A stretch of DNA of 63,709 nucleotides, filler included, from Phoronis australis (GCA_002633005.1; 6 parts of 6 records of this genome joined end to end with filler, not necessarily neighbours in it); one strand, 5' to 3'. Positions 48,984 through 63,468 are shown, numbered from the whole stretch's first letter. A program made the numbers and translations. Notes: generated by a model from the letters alone, not told the origin.

Positions 48984-49974
48984 AGGCGAAGGCAACCTTT
49001 TTTCATGTCACTTTTAGCAAAAATAAGGTTCGTTGATTATCCCAGACACATGTTTCACTTAATTACAGCTTTTCGTAATTCGATTAATTTCTCGTCCTCT
49101 ACTCCGGAAGTGACGTTTTGGGAGGCAAGAGTTTTCGCGCCAATTTCTTTTCATTATAGTCTGACTGTGAGAGCTGTCGAGTCAGTCATTGTTGTACCTC
49201 GGTTGTGATAAGTTCGGTCGTCGTTTGCTTTTGTTTACTAGTCAGTCAACATGCCACACTGTTGCTGCGTGCCGGGATGTACTCATTATCGTCTCACACG
49301 CACTTTGGGTACCTTGCGTCCCTTTCCGAAGGGTGACACACTTCGTTGTACTTGGCTAGCTCGTTCATGTGAAGAACGTAGCGCTACCCGTCCACGCAAC
49401 GTACAAAGCAGTGGAGGGTTACCGAGTGTGTGGCAAGCATTTTCTGCAGTCGGATTATGACAGATATGTACGCTGAATTGTTGAAGGTCCCTGCGAAACA
49501 ATGCTTGAAGAAGGGTACCATACCGTCGCTGTTGATTCCCGGCAGTGCTCCGTCGCCACCCCCGGGAAGTGCGTTTTTGAAGCGAGAAGCCACGCGAGCT
49601 GTGGCCACTATATACAGTGACTGAAGGCACTTCGTCTACTGTCACCCGTGCCTCCGAACGTACCCCCATTGCGTGCAATTCCGGGAATTAGCAGGGATTC
49701 GCCCTGTGTTGTCTCTAGCTCCGGCAGAGCCTGTAAGGAGCCCTGCAGCGATGTTGAGTAGTGGGAGTGAATACAGGCCCAGTTCGATACCCAGTGAAGA
49801 GGACAGTTCGTCATCTAATGAACAGATCGGTGATCCTAAGTTTGTTAAGTTTATTGTGGACTTGTATTGGAGCTGTTTGGAAGGTGCCAGGTGTATGACG
49901 AGGGAGTCACACGGCAGGATGTAAGCAGTTTGGGTGCTCAGATCACCCTCCAGTGGGAGTGTGTCGCGGGACAC
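48984..49974 (+). mobile_element. Kolobok-like DNA transposon 5' end with frameshifted THAP-transposase N-terminus
   Basis: TTAA|AGGCGAAGG terminus; from ATG 49251 MPHCCCVPGC...FPK...LRCTW / YRVCGKHF / DMYAELL...LKKGTIPSL over two frameshifts; later KFIV...SCL motif; truncated by gap. Confidence 0.8.
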
Positions 49975-50074
49975 NNNNNNNNNNNNNNNNNNNNNNNNNN
50001 NNNNNNNNNNNNNNNNNNTTAATTAATTAANNNNNNNNNNNNNNNNNNNNNNNNNNNNNNNNNNNNNNNNNNNN

Positions 50075-52859
50075 AATTAATCTGGACTCCACATGAACTT
50101 TAAAAATTGTAAAACATCAGGAAGATTTCGGGTAATTTGTTGAGTCGAAACTATATTTTTATTCAAGAGTACAAGTTTTCCTATTGACGATCGCGATTCA
50201 GCGACGCATCAGTCGGCAAGTTTTCGCCCTGTGATGAGCACAATTTTTTGAAAAATTATAGCAATTTAACAACGGAAGTTGATAGCAATGCACCACAATT
50301 TTGTAGAAAGGCTGTCATAGGCTACAAATTCGTCACAGAGCGTAAATTTGATGAAAAATAGCTTCCGATTTTACCCGTTTGGGAAACCGGGTTTCAACTG
50401 CCGTAGGCTCACTACAATAAGCGTCCCCTCCCCGTGAAATAAATTTTTCTGAGCGTTTGTTTGAGCCAATACAGTATACAGCTTTCCACCAAGGCTAGGT
50501 GATGCAAGACATTATTCTTTGTTGCATTATAGTAACTGGCCTTGGCTAATTATCATTTTATGGCCTGGTCATCCATTCAGCCAAAAGTAGTTCCAGAGGT
50601 GGCTTATCAGCCAATTATTCACGCATGCTGACTCACAATAGAAGCCTGATAAGAGTGAAGGTGGATAAATGCGGTGTTCCTACAGTTTCTTGTTTTAGTG
50701 GATGTGTTCACGACATGATATTGGAAAGAGTCATTTTCTTTGGCTGCATATAAATTTGCATAGAATTTTTCGATTGCACGCAGTATAGCTTTTTGGTTCA
50801 TCAAGCTTCGTCCAGTCTCGTCTATATGGTTGTGGACATTCTTGTTCACGTAATTGCGTTTTTCTAAGTTACTAAAATATTTGGACGGTTTTTCACCATC
50901 CTCGATTTCTTGTTCACGTAATTGCGTTTTTCTAAGTTACTAAAATATTTGGACGGTTCTTCACCATCCTCGATCCATTTTGCCCGAGATCTCAGCATCA
51001 TGCCTTTCACTTTGTCCTTTCTAATATATTCGTAATCTTTCTGCAAATCTGAATAAATTTCAAGGAGCAGAGCAGAATTACTGTTGCACAACATTTCTCT
51101 AAGAAGACTTAATTGCTCCTCTAAATTCTTTTCATGTCGATGCTTTTCTTTTTTCTTGAAAACTAAATAATACAAAGTATAATTTCTAATATTCAATAAA
51201 ATCATCTCAAGAAGAAGAGAGTCGTCTATAGTGGACAGACCGTCTGACAAATTGGAGTCATTATCAGGAGATAAATATTCCTTCTCTGTTTTAACTATGA
51301 TGTCTTTCACATTACTGATATATTCTACATCACGTAATAAGGATTTGTTAAGTCGCCATAGACCTTTACCTCTAACAAATTAAGAGGCCTGAATAGTAGT
51401 CACAACATAATGATAATCGGTTCTATATCCTGGGGACGTTTCAGTATTTTCTGTCCAAGAGGAAAACTCGTCGGACACTAGAAAAAAGTCCAGACGCGCT
51501 TGCTTACAAGGGTTAATTCTGAACCAAGTATAGCTTGTTGTATTTGGGTTACGTAACCGCCACGGGTCGACCAAATTTAACTGCAAAATCAGACTGATAA
51601 CTTGTTTTCTTGAAGCCGGATTGTTTTGGTGTTTGTGTCCTAAACAGTCAAGATTGAAATCTTGAACCAAATTCCAGTCGCCGCAAATGATTATGAACTC
51701 TGAATTGCAGTCAGAGACTACTTGTTGGGACCGTAAATATTAGCTAACGTTACTGAGACTCGATTTTCAATAAGTAATTCGACGACAACAAGGTTTCCTT
51801 TATCATCAAGATGGATTTTACCAACTTCACATTCAAAGTTATTATTTAGCAATATGCAGACACCTCTCGACTCTCTTGTTCCAGGGTTCATGAAAACACT
51901 ACATCCCCACTGGGCCCTAATAGCAGAAATNCCAATAAGCAATTGTTAAAGCAAAAGTTCACCCAGCGCTCTTCATCACCTTCATTAGAAAATGTATTGT
52001 TGCATACATTATATAAAAAATAATTGCAGGCGGTCTGATACACATTGTACCAGACGTGCGCAGGCCTCGCATGTGGGCCCATCGCACTGATCACCTGGAA
52101 ATATTTTTATGCTTTATTAATATGTGGTTAAAACCGAGCTGAGGAGCTAGAAACCTGGCTCAAGGGTTTAGCAGTGTGACATGGTGGGACTCGAACCCAC
52201 GACCTTGAAGAAAGAAAGCGGGCACTTATCAACCAGGCCACACTGCATACATTGGTTCTTGGACTTATGGACTGACATCATTTTTCACACTACAGTAGAA
52301 CCTCTCCCTTCCTCACACCCACTCTCCCCCTCGCTCACTGCCCGCACCACTCCTTCCCTCCCTCTCTGAACTCTAGCCATGATTGATTATTAGATGATTT
52401 GTTGCCTGTGTTGCTTGTTGCTATGCAACCTCGAAGAGGAATATTCAGGTGACCATTGACGTTTTTTATCTCCATAGGAAACAAAGGCGAACAAACTAAG
52501 GTAAAATTATCATTTTAGCATTTTTATCTCAACAAAAATGAAATTGTGAACATAAAATAACTTCTGTTGTCTTCCTAAAATGGACTATAACTCGTCACTA
52601 ATCGAATTAAGCAAAAGCAGTAACTAAAACGCAACAAAATTGCATCCACATCAATATGTACTCACTGGAGAGTTCTAAAACAAGGAGTAAACAAATAACA
52701 CATTTTACAGAGACCTTGGATTTCATCAAGTAGGTACACACGTACNGTTTCTTGCAAGCAATATATACTACAACACTTCCGTCTCAAAAATTCAAAGACA
52801 TCCTTTCTCTTAATTGTGTCCCGTAGCCCTCTGCAGTTTAAAGATAAGATACTAACCAT
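50075..52859 (-). mobile_element. Degraded L1/Tx1 LINE ORF2 (APE endonuclease and linker; RT mostly absent)
   Basis: ILSLNCRGL...IYCLQE, SRGVCILL, NIYGPN, IICGDWN, LVDPWR..NP...YTW, RLDFFLVS, G.MLRSRAKWIEDGE.PSKYF.NLEK, FYANLY; interrupted at 51931-52746. Confidence 0.9.
52175..52245 (-). mobile_element. tRNA-derived SINE-like head
   Basis: Minus strand TGGCCTGGTTG...GGGTTCGAGTCCC A/B boxes. Confidence 0.55.
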
Positions 52860-55384
52860 GTTCCGACAAAAGACATGACAAATCGGGTCTATCAAATAAA
52901 ATACTTAGTGTGACGTATATATAACGTACACAAGTTGGTGAATCAACAAAATCTCGCCCAGAAATATGTAAGAAAACAAAAAGGGAGTGGCTAAAATGTA
53001 CTTCACCACCTCCATGATACACACTGGACATCAGCTAAGACGATACCCGCATTCATAGACCTGTGTTGATATGCAAATCAGTTGTAGACACAATGAAAGA
53101 CTCAACTGAATAGAACACTGCCCACATCAGTCAACTTTACATGCCGATGTAATGGGCCGATGCCTAAAAACAAGCAAAGAAAGGACTGGCAATGCTCTAT
53201 CTGTTACAGAGCCAAATCAATAGTTATCATACCATAGAAAAGAAACGAAAATCATACATACCGTCAGCAAAAAGCTGTGTAAGCATATCATATGAGCAAT
53301 AAAGCAAACAATATTTTGCAGTCTTTTAATTAATGAAATTTTGGAAACACTATCTACACTCACACGCAGTCACTGGACTTGTTTAACCTGACGACTCTCG
53401 CAAGTACGCAGTGTATTTGCCTTTGTATCTTCAGAGTTCTTTGGCAGTTTTGATTAAAAGTTGACAAACCAGTTTGTGTTATGATGGCGATAGCACCTTT
53501 CCATTTAGGATGGATTTGACGTGTTCTGCATAACTTAGTGTTCATTTTTTGTTGCCAGTAAACACCCCTGGAAGCACACTGTGAGTGCATGCATTTCAAC
53601 ACTCTTCGTTGCTTAGCTCTGTTCTCTATCTCTGCTTACGATGGGATTTTTATGAATTACGGATTGTATTCCAAATACGATACTTGTCGTTTAGAAGTAA
53701 TTTAGTGCTTATTGGTAAACTTTTTTTATCAATTGTGTTCTAGGTAAAGAAATGCTCCTCAGCAGAAGGTGGTACAATTCCCGGTTCTTCGAATATTGCC
53801 GGTACATCTAACTCACGTTTGTATTTTTGCCTTTTTCTTTCAAATACTGTTTGAGAGGTTGTCTTCTTAACAATAAACTATGGCTCATGGAGCGTTGCAT
53901 TAGTTAATGCTAATTATAAGATCTCAGATTGTATGATATAAACCCTTAAGTTATCAAAAATAGGTATAGCTTCTTTAAATTTCTCCCTATATATATATAT
54001 ATATATATATATAAACATTATTGTAAAGTTGATTACTTGATTATTTTGTAAACAAAATTTTGTGTTGGAGCGACAAATAACTAAGTGTTAAGATCTTGCA
54101 TACTTTATTTAGAATCTCTGTTGTACCTATCATACATGGTATTTAGTACTGTTATTTGTGACTAAGTGTGCACACTTGCTATGTATTATGTTTTGTTAAT
54201 ATGTTTTTTTTTGCAAAAATAAAAATTAAAAATTTTTAAAAAATCTCAGGTTTTGAAAGTTGAAACATACGCTGCTGTATCGTATCTTTGAGACGTGCAA
54301 TTTGAGTTTTCAACTTAATTTGTTAGAAGAATCAGTGTTGGTTATACTTTGTCCAAAAGTAGGTGGATATATAAGCTTTGCTATGTGATTGGATCATACT
54401 CAGCGTTCCTCTATCTCTTCAAGCCAGTTTGGTGCCATTATGTCTCATACTACAAGAATAGTAGTGGCCTTAGTTGGCATTAAGCTCCCTAATTTTTGGG
54501 TCGTTCACGGCTTCAGTTTGCTCTGAATGTTCTTTAATTCCGAATCTAATGGTCAATTTTCATCATACTGAACTATATGTCGGTGCTAAATTTCAGATGC
54601 TGTAAGTTCGTCAAATCCATCGTTGTTAGGCAAAAGAAAATCTGCCATTGACGACACAGAAGCTGGCATTATTCCACCTAAGGTTTGTCAAAATGAAATT
54701 ATGAGCTTGTCAACTAGTGAAAATAAACCGAGTGACTTGAGTGTCTAACAGAATATTTATTGTAAGTTTAACAACTGTGTAATCCCAGCCATGAGTTTAA
54801 GCCAGACTACAATAAGCAGCAACTGCCCTGTAGTCATTTTAGAAGCCCAAACTTCATGTTAAATTAAGCTTTCCTTCATATGATATAATATTGTATAACA
54901 AGGAGTGGTTGTTAACAACTCAAAGGGAGATTATATGGAGACAATTTGCGGTAATGTGTTCTTGTGCATAGTAAATGGTGCTAGCTGAATTAGTACCGTG
55001 ATTTTCAGTAGTTGTCACTTTTTGTTGGTTATACATTTTATATTCCTTCAAAGCACGACAATAAAGTGATTTTCTGATAATTTTTGTATAACCTTTCTTG
55101 CATATGAAGTGAGCCAGTTCATTGCTGCAAGTGAAGCAGTGAAGTAGATCCCATTTATATTTTTTATCATTCTGACTTATAAAAAAGTGAAGAGTTTGCA
55201 ATACTCCCCCAAACATTAAAATCTTTTATAATTTCCAGATTCCTGAGGGACTGGCCTCAACCAGCACTGATCTTTCCATGGACACGGGTATGTAATCTTA
55301 TTCCATTCTTTAGTTGTTATGACCTTTTGTTATGTCTTGTATAATGTCAAGGTTGAAACACTGTTCAAGTGATTTGTTTCTTCA

Positions 55385-56039
55385 CTGAATTTAGTGACAC
55401 ATCAGTGGATGAGATATGACTTAACTTTTATTTGTATACTGAATGTAGTGACACACCAGTGAATGAGATGTGACTTAACTTTTATTTGTATACTGAATGT
55501 AGGGACACATCAGTGGGTGCGTTGTGACTTAACTTTTATTTGTCTACTGAATGTAGTGACACACCAGTGGATGAGATGTGACTTAACTTTTATTTGTATA
55601 CTGAATGTAGGGACACATCAGTGGGTGCGTTGTGACTTAACTTTTATTTGTCTACTGAATGTAGTGACATACCAGTGGATGAGATGTGACTTAACTTTTA
55701 TTTGTATACTGAATGTAGGGACACATCAGTGGGTGCGTTGTGACTTAACTTTTATTTGTCTACTGAATGTAGTGACATACCAGTGGATGAGATGTGACTT
55801 AACTTTTATTTGTATACTGAATGTAGGGACACATCAGTGGGTGCGTTGTGACTTAACTTTTATTTGTCTACTGAATGTAGTGACATACCAGTGGATGAGA
55901 TGTGACTTAACTTTTATTTGTATACTGAATGTAGGGACACATCAGTGGGTGCGTTGTGACTTAACTTTTATTTGTCTACTGAATGTAGTGACATACCAGT
56001 GGATGAGATGTGACTTAACTTTTATTTGTATACTGAATG
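55385..56039. repeat. 54-bp satellite with 108-bp dimeric higher-order structure, running into a gap
   Basis: Alternating ...GTGGATGAGATGTGAC...TGTATAC and ...GTGGGTGCGTTGTGAC...TGTCTAC monomers, ~12 copies. Confidence 0.97.
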
Positions 56040-59000
56040 NNNNNNNNNNNNNNNNNNNNNNNNNNNNNNNNNNNNNNNNNNNNTTAATTAATTAANNNNN
56101 NNNNNNNNNNNNNNNNNNNNNNNNNNNNNNNNNNNNNNNCTTTGTTCAATTTTCGTGTTTTTGTGTTTGTGGCCAGCGACCAGTTAGGCCTAAGGGTAGT
56201 CTTGGCGCAAAGCTGCATAGGCCTACTAACAAGCTGTATTTTGACTATAGTCTTCACTGGTAGCTGGTGACTGAGGCTTACTAAGGTCTGCCGCGGCAGT
56301 GTGACACAGGACTAACCACTAGCCCGTAATTTCATGCAAGTGTCTGAAACTACCCTTGAATATATGCAGCACTTATCATTTGACCATTTTACTTCGACAA
56401 AACAGCTTGCAACCGCATGCATTTACCGTTCGCCAATGTCTGGTCTCGATCCGCACCGGGTCCGATAGACTGCGGTCCCGAGTCTGGCAAAATAATTTCT
56501 GTCAACATTTATTTGACACATTTCTTCAGTAAATTCCATAAAATTGTCCGTAGTTTGATTTTATCAAAATTAAGGCGCGCTGTCGATTTTTTTATCCCCG
56601 TTTGCTGGCTGGTAACAGTACAGGCACTGCTCCAGTCGCACTGACGGCATTTTCTCGGCCTGGGTTCCTGAATGAATTATACTGAAGTTTACCATTGTAA
56701 CCACAATGCAACATTCTGACCCATTTCCAATATGGCGGCGTTGCAACTCCCCTATTTGATTACAGATGGATTTTCAATAACCTATGTTAGTTTCGCATTT
56801 TTTTCCGAAGTGCCTCCATTCACACACCCACGGAAAATCTAATTGGATAACCCCTACTTTTTTGCAGATTTATAGTAGGCAAAGACCAATATACAAAATT
56901 CAAGACTGAAAAAGTTCATTGAAAAATTCGAACACCCTTAAAATGGTGCCAAATAATAACCTACAGGTTAATCATTTGGACGTTTTAAAAGTTTTTTCCT
57001 AACACCAGTTGCTACAAAGTCAAAGCCCTTGACTGCCAGTGGCTAAAACAGAACAGGCTGAATTGGGCATCACAAACAGAACACAAAAAATTAGACCGTA
57101 ACACAGATATTAAATTAAATAATGACCTTGAACTCATTGTGACATCAAAATGACAGAAGTGAGCATGCAAGCAGTTGTTTTAGAAGATATACCTAGCTAA
57201 GGGCAAAGATTGGCTATAAAGGCTAATTTTCATAGAATATGTAAAAAAGGTATAAAGAATATGTGGCATAAAAATCTTTTTAAATTTTAACACTAGTTCA
57301 TTGATTCCATAAAATCTAACAAGCAATGAAAAAACGCCTGTGAATTTTGAAAAGGAACGCTAAGCAAACACTAATTTGGCAACTTTTACATCGAATGTGC
57401 TTATCACTGTATCATAACCCCCAATTTCACATTCTTCAGGCTAAATCAAATGAAACAAGAACCAGAACCTATGGCAAATGCATGGTAATTCCAAATATTT
57501 CACAGATAATTGTGTGTACATTATCATACTGCATCACTTGCAACAGTGTTACCTACCGTTTATTTCGAAGTCCGCTAACTACCGAAACCAGTATGAACGG
57601 TTTACTAGTTACTTCGTAGTTTACATGTATTTTGACGCTCCGCTCAGACCAGAGTTAAGTCAGAATGAAAAGGCCTCAAAAGTAATAAACTATATCAGAC
57701 AAAATTCCCATTTACTTTCGTATTGATTTTGGAACGGACAGATCATCAAGCTTTGAATAGTTGAGTGACACGTACGCAGTTGTTGTATAATTATGTTGTT
57801 TACAGAGAATCTTCACTCAACCGTTACTTCACGGACAAAGGAAATCCAAAGTCTTACAGCAAATATCGCGAATTTTTGTCCGACCGGTCGGCTTGGAGTC
57901 GACGACCGGCCGTAGACGGGTTGGCAAATTAACCGACCGGTCGGCTAAAAATTAGAATACGTGGTGAAGAGGTATTTGTCTCTACGCGGCATATGTGCGT
58001 GAATCTTTGGTCAAGCGATTGCGATGTCGAAAAAATGATAGAAAATACATCAAGGTGCACTTTTTGAGGAGCAATGCTTCTGGTGACATTTATAGCGCAT
58101 GATCTGGACACCTTAGGTAGTAAGTGACGCTGAATGACACCGGGTTTCTACATGTTAAGCGCGGAAATAAAAAGTATCATGCTTGTATCGCATTTTTTTG
58201 TTTATGCGATCGAGACCGCATCGTGGTGTGCTGAACAGTTATGAACTTTTACTTATAAAACGTGAATAGGGTTACAAAATAAGTGTGGTGCAATGAAATA
58301 ATCACATTTTGTGTCATTACTCTGTTACTTACGTATCCAAACTAAACAATATCATAGCATTATAGTTAAATCACAATGAGCGACTACATGTACAGCAAGC
58401 CCTATTTGAATTGTAGATATTTTCATAAATGAATTTATTTTCATTTCAGGAAACAAGTTCACTGTTATTATTGTGAGGCGAGCTTCAACGAAACAGATCG
58501 ATTAATCAGGGTGTGAAAGTACACACTACCAGGGTTTTGAAACACAGACAAATACTTTTAGACGAAACCAAGGAGAACAATTAAGGGTATCTAAACAAAG
58601 ACTCACCCAGCAATTGTTCCATGTGGGTGTACTGAGCCAGGAGTAAACAAATTGTTGATGCAGATGAAAGCAGTGGCGGATTTAGGAGGAGGGGGGTACC
58701 AAGGGGGCCATGACCCCCCTAAACTTCTCCCAGATACCATTTGGCAATCCGGGGTGCGAATTGCCGACTACCATATGCGCTCACCCAAGGGGGCTCGAGG
58801 GGTTAATGTGCAATTCATAGGCCTTGAACAAACCCGTTTACCTTTTTAGTAATAAGGTGACAAACCCAAAAATTCGAAGCCACTGCGTCTCTACATTTTA
58901 GGCTGGGCATGCGCATGTGGCGATATTCTGACTATTCCTGTGCCCTGCCCCCCAACTCAAAATCCTGGATCCGCCCCTGGTTTCGAATCTTCTTGCAAGA

Positions 59001-61605
59001 TTTTGACAGCAAAAGAAAAAAAATACGACAGTGAAGTCAACGAATGATGATGAGCGTGCCTGTGGGGAGCGAGAAGAGTGCGGCAACACCATTCGTGAGG
59101 TGATTCAAAGATTACCGCTCATGAACATCTGGAATTTAAAAAATTGCCAGAAATGTTGTTAACTGTTTTGCTGATAAAAGGGGTGATATTTTTTTGGATG
59201 TTTTACTGATATTATCGACACAGAGATGAACAGATTGACTTGTGGCACTTGTGTGGCTTGGATATACAATGTATAACATCTGTTTAACTCTTCTGTTTTG
59301 TAGTATTGGTCCTGAGTGCATCTTCAGTTCATGATCTCCAATTTAGTGTGACATTGAAAAAGAGTGAGGCGAGATATAATACACCTACTATATTGTGCTA
59401 TATTGTGATTTTCTCAAAAGCGTAGTTTAAATGTTGTCTTTAACTTCACTTCAAGACACAGTGTAGTGATTACACAGGAAATCAACAACAATATTAAAGC
59501 AATTCTATAATAGTTAATCTTTTATCACGCCTCATACCTCAAAATTGGTCATATAGAAAAAAGATATAAAATATGATGGATCTCGGATGACACTATAAAC
59601 CGATCACATTCTTCCGTTTTCATGCGCCCATTATCTTAGTATCGGCGCTATGTTCAAACCATTGTTTATGTTGTTCCTAAAATAAACTTGGGTTCTATTG
59701 CTGTACCAACATATTGAGAAATTATACAGAAATAAACAATAATCATCTATGATAAAGCGCAAAATACAGCGTGATGAAGTGCTGATCAAGAGCAATAACG
59801 GATGAGAGCTAATGCCTGCTGCTTGACGAGCATTTCGCTACATGAAAACACTTAGGGTCATAAAACAACCAGCGTTGTATTCGGATTTTTATGCAATTTT
59901 AATGTAAAATTTCAAATTTCTTGCTTGCTTTTATGCATAATGTACTGTATAAAAAGTCTCATATCTAAAGTTAGAAATTATGCTTCCGCGACATCACTTA
60001 ACGTTTGATTTTACAACGCCGTCATTAATTCAAAATAAAGTTTTAGGTTGGTGTAATGTCACGCACTTCGTATTTGTAGGTTGATTCGATTTTACCTCCT
60101 GTCAATAGCTGAACAAAAATCGATAAACCGATGTCAAGACCGAAGTTGCCACTGACTGGTGAACGAACAGCGAACAGTTAAATGTTTGTTTGGCCAAAGT
60201 TCACCGGCTAAGTCATAAAATGGTAATTGCCGACCAAGGACACGCTCTTCATTCTTGGCCTGTTTGAAGTTGGCACTTTTATTTGATATAAGGTTAAATT
60301 TTTATTTGATGATTTATCAAACAAGTTGTCATAGGTCATTGATCACAGTTTTACTGCCATGAAACGCTATTAATCTTGTGATACATTTTTTCAAGGAGAT
60401 TCACAATTTGGTGAAAGTAAGATCCAGATTGCACAAAATTCTATAATTGAAATATTTTATTATATTGAAACTAAAATACAAAGCAAGCTATATGTGTAAA
60501 CATAAACGCAATACTAGTTAGGTCAAGCTGAAATCATAAGCACAAAGCTGGAGTAACTGTAAATCAAGTTAACTGAAGAATCTTTCTGTTCAAGCAATCA
60601 TTGAATATTCGCCTCGGTCACAGTTTCGTCCCAAAGCAATGAAGGCGAGGAATGGTTTTACACTGCACATAGTTAAATTGTTGGCCAAATTTGAGTATGC
60701 CTTCTTTCATTTTCTTTGAATAGATACATTTTGTAGTACCATCAGGCTTAACTTGATAAAATTTACAAAATTTTACTTCTTAATGCCAATGCTCCACCCC
60801 CAATTTATATTATCCAGATGTCTTTGAAAATACTCTCGTCTTAAGGCCAGTGTCCTATGAATTTTAGATCCCGAAGTGTACCACATCTGCATACCTTTAA
60901 GTAAGACAACATTCTGTTTTACTGGAACCTGTAGTAATTCCGACAGGGAGCCAGTAAAATACCCGTATTCTACCATAATTAACACTACTCTTGTGTGCTA
61001 CTTCCCAACCAGCTGTCTCGGAACTGACCATGCAGGTAAACATCCAACCCCCAACTTCAAAATTTTAGAAAGTCGGTGTTTGGCTAATAACAACCACAAT
61101 TTTTTTAATTCCCCAATTTAAACACCCTGGGTGTGAACCTGTACAACAGCAGTAGTCTAAAGACCTTCAGATTCTGCAGCATTAAGAAATAAGCCATGCT
61201 AATCTTAGGCATATAATGACAACCCAAAAATTAAATATATCCTCAAACATCAACTGAACATAAACTGCATAAGATAAACGTAAACTCCGTCAGCTGCATA
61301 AATCAATGTGGATTTTGGTAACCAACCTTTCTACAAGCCGTTTAAAAGTTCATGATCCATTTTCTGAAGCCAAATATATGCATAACTAAAGAACTGCACA
61401 ACACGAACATTCAAGCTTCTTGAATGCAGTGCTTATAAATGCTAGTAATAAGTTTTCACTGGATAAACAAGTTTCGAATAACTATTTAAATGCCTTAATA
61501 TGTTTNNNNNNNNNNNNNNNNNNNNNNNNNNNNNNNNNNNNNNNNNNNNTTAATTAATTAANNNNNNNNNNNNNNNNNNNNNNNNNNNNNNNNNNNNNNN
61601 NNNNN

Positions 61606-62100
61606 GTCAGCCAAGTTTAAAGACAATTGTTTTTGTCTTCTAGATTTCATGAGACACTATGAATATGTTGTGTACCAAATTTCATGGTTGTGCTCTTGAT
61701 ATTGTAGATTATGGAAGCGATTTTGCTTTGAGAATGGTCGAGAATTTCATGTTTGGCCTGAGTTATGCTAGCTTTTTGGCTCTCATAGTCAGCCAAGTTT
61801 AAGGACAATTGTTGTTGTCTTCTAGATTTTCATTAGACACTATTAATATGTTGTGTGTAAAATTTCATGATTGTGCTCTTGATATTGTGGATTTTTGGAA
61901 GCGATTTTGTTTTGACTTTGCATAAGAATGAGCAAGAATTTCATGTGTGGCCTGAGTTATGCTAGCTTTTTGGCTCTTATAGTCAGCCAAGTTTAAAGAC
62001 AACTGTTGTTGTCTTTTAGATTTTCATTAGGCACTATAAATATGTTGTGTGCTTAATTTCACGATTGTGCTCTTGATATTGTGTATGCTCTCATAGTCAG
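61606..62100. repeat. ~180-195-bp tandem repeat, ~2.7 copies after a gap
   Basis: GTCAGCCAAGTTTAA.GACAA at 61606, ~61788, ~61982. Confidence 0.92.
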
Positions 62101-63468
62101 TTAAGATATGGCTTATCCAGACAGTGTAAACTTAAATACGAATATTACATGCTCTGACAGTCACCAGACTTTTTAATTGGACTACTCAGTTAACTTCAAT
62201 TAGCCAATTGCAAAACAGACAGGGAAAGCAATACCATAAGGCAAATAAGATCGGGTGTGAAATTGGGGGCGCAGCTTATTTTGGGTGCTAAAACGCTAAA
62301 ACCTATTGATCTTCCTTTGACACAGCGTTGTTATTTCGTGCCGCTCCACTGACAAAAGGAATTTCCAAGTCATCAAAGGCGTTGCACCCACAGCAGATCT
62401 TCACTGAAGTTGGCAGCATTTTTGATAAATGATCGTCAATTAAAGGCGCTGAAAACTTTGTCCGCATCCCCTTTAAGATATTGCACAGCGTTGCTTGTAC
62501 TACTACTTTACAGTGTCATCGGTATCTTGAGAAAGACGAAATTGAAAGTACGATAATTGTGCCAGGTAAAATCTGTAGAACGCAAGTATCACTGTAAAAT
62601 AACTTAACATTACTTGAGTTGGATTTTTGCGGGATACTTGCCCCAGGCAGTTGTAGCTTTTGGGAAATAGGTGTTCTTTTTCTGCAAACCAGGACGTCTG
62701 AAAAATAACAACTGGTTCCAAAAATTGTATATTTAGTAGTAATTGAACAGTGTTTATTACAACTTCACGTTAGTACGACTTTCGGGTTTGCGACTTTGTC
62801 TTAGTAGTCAACGAAACAACTTTTTAGGTTCCAATGTGGAAATCCGAAAATTTCTTGATATTGGTAACTTGTGAAATGTAAGCAATCCTGTTGCTGTGTT
62901 CACGAAAACGCTTCTTCAGTCTTGTACAGGAACCTTAAAATGATAACAAAGTAACAGTATTCACTTTGAGAAGAAATGTAGCTAATTCATAACTGCTGCT
63001 CAAGTCATTCATTGCAAGAAATGGAACTTTGATTCCTAAAATCTCCAAGTCGGATTATTTCTGTTTGGCATTGTTCAGTTTCGTATCAGCGTGATTGCAA
63101 TTTCGTGTCAAGGCAATTTGTCGCATCTAGGTCTTTTCAAGAACTTACAGTAAAGCCTAACGTCGCAAATTATATTGGTTCTGGTCTGCGCTCTTTGCAT
63201 GACTTAAAGATACGCCAGAAATTTTGAAAAAATGGTTGTGGTCCACGCCCGCATCATTTTGAACCTTGCGCTTCTCTGTTAATGCAAACTAGTGAAACCC
63301 GCATCGCCGCATGTTTTAGCATATAACAGGCGAATTTTTCAATATTTTCTTATCGATGTTCATACAGGAACAAGAAAAAGTGCACGCCCGCATCAGTAAC
63401 AAAGCTGACGATTTTTTTTTATAACACAAACGCATCCACGCACAATGACTGTGTTTGTTGGACGTTCA

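Noticed and set aside
51931-52746. Insert splitting the L1 endonuclease
   Set aside because: Bounded by single N bases on both sides with no TSD; likely a misplaced contig rather than a real insertion or intron.
55463-56095. 210-aa ORF
   Set aside because: Translation of the 54-bp satellite running into a gap.
58450-58520. HCYYCEASFNETDRLIR zinc-finger-like fragment after a good acceptor
   Set aside because: Lacks the His ligands and stops immediately; too short to assign.
60773-60985. 70-aa minus-strand ORF (and 62503-62721) as exons
   Set aside because: No recognisable motif and no consistent splice pair.
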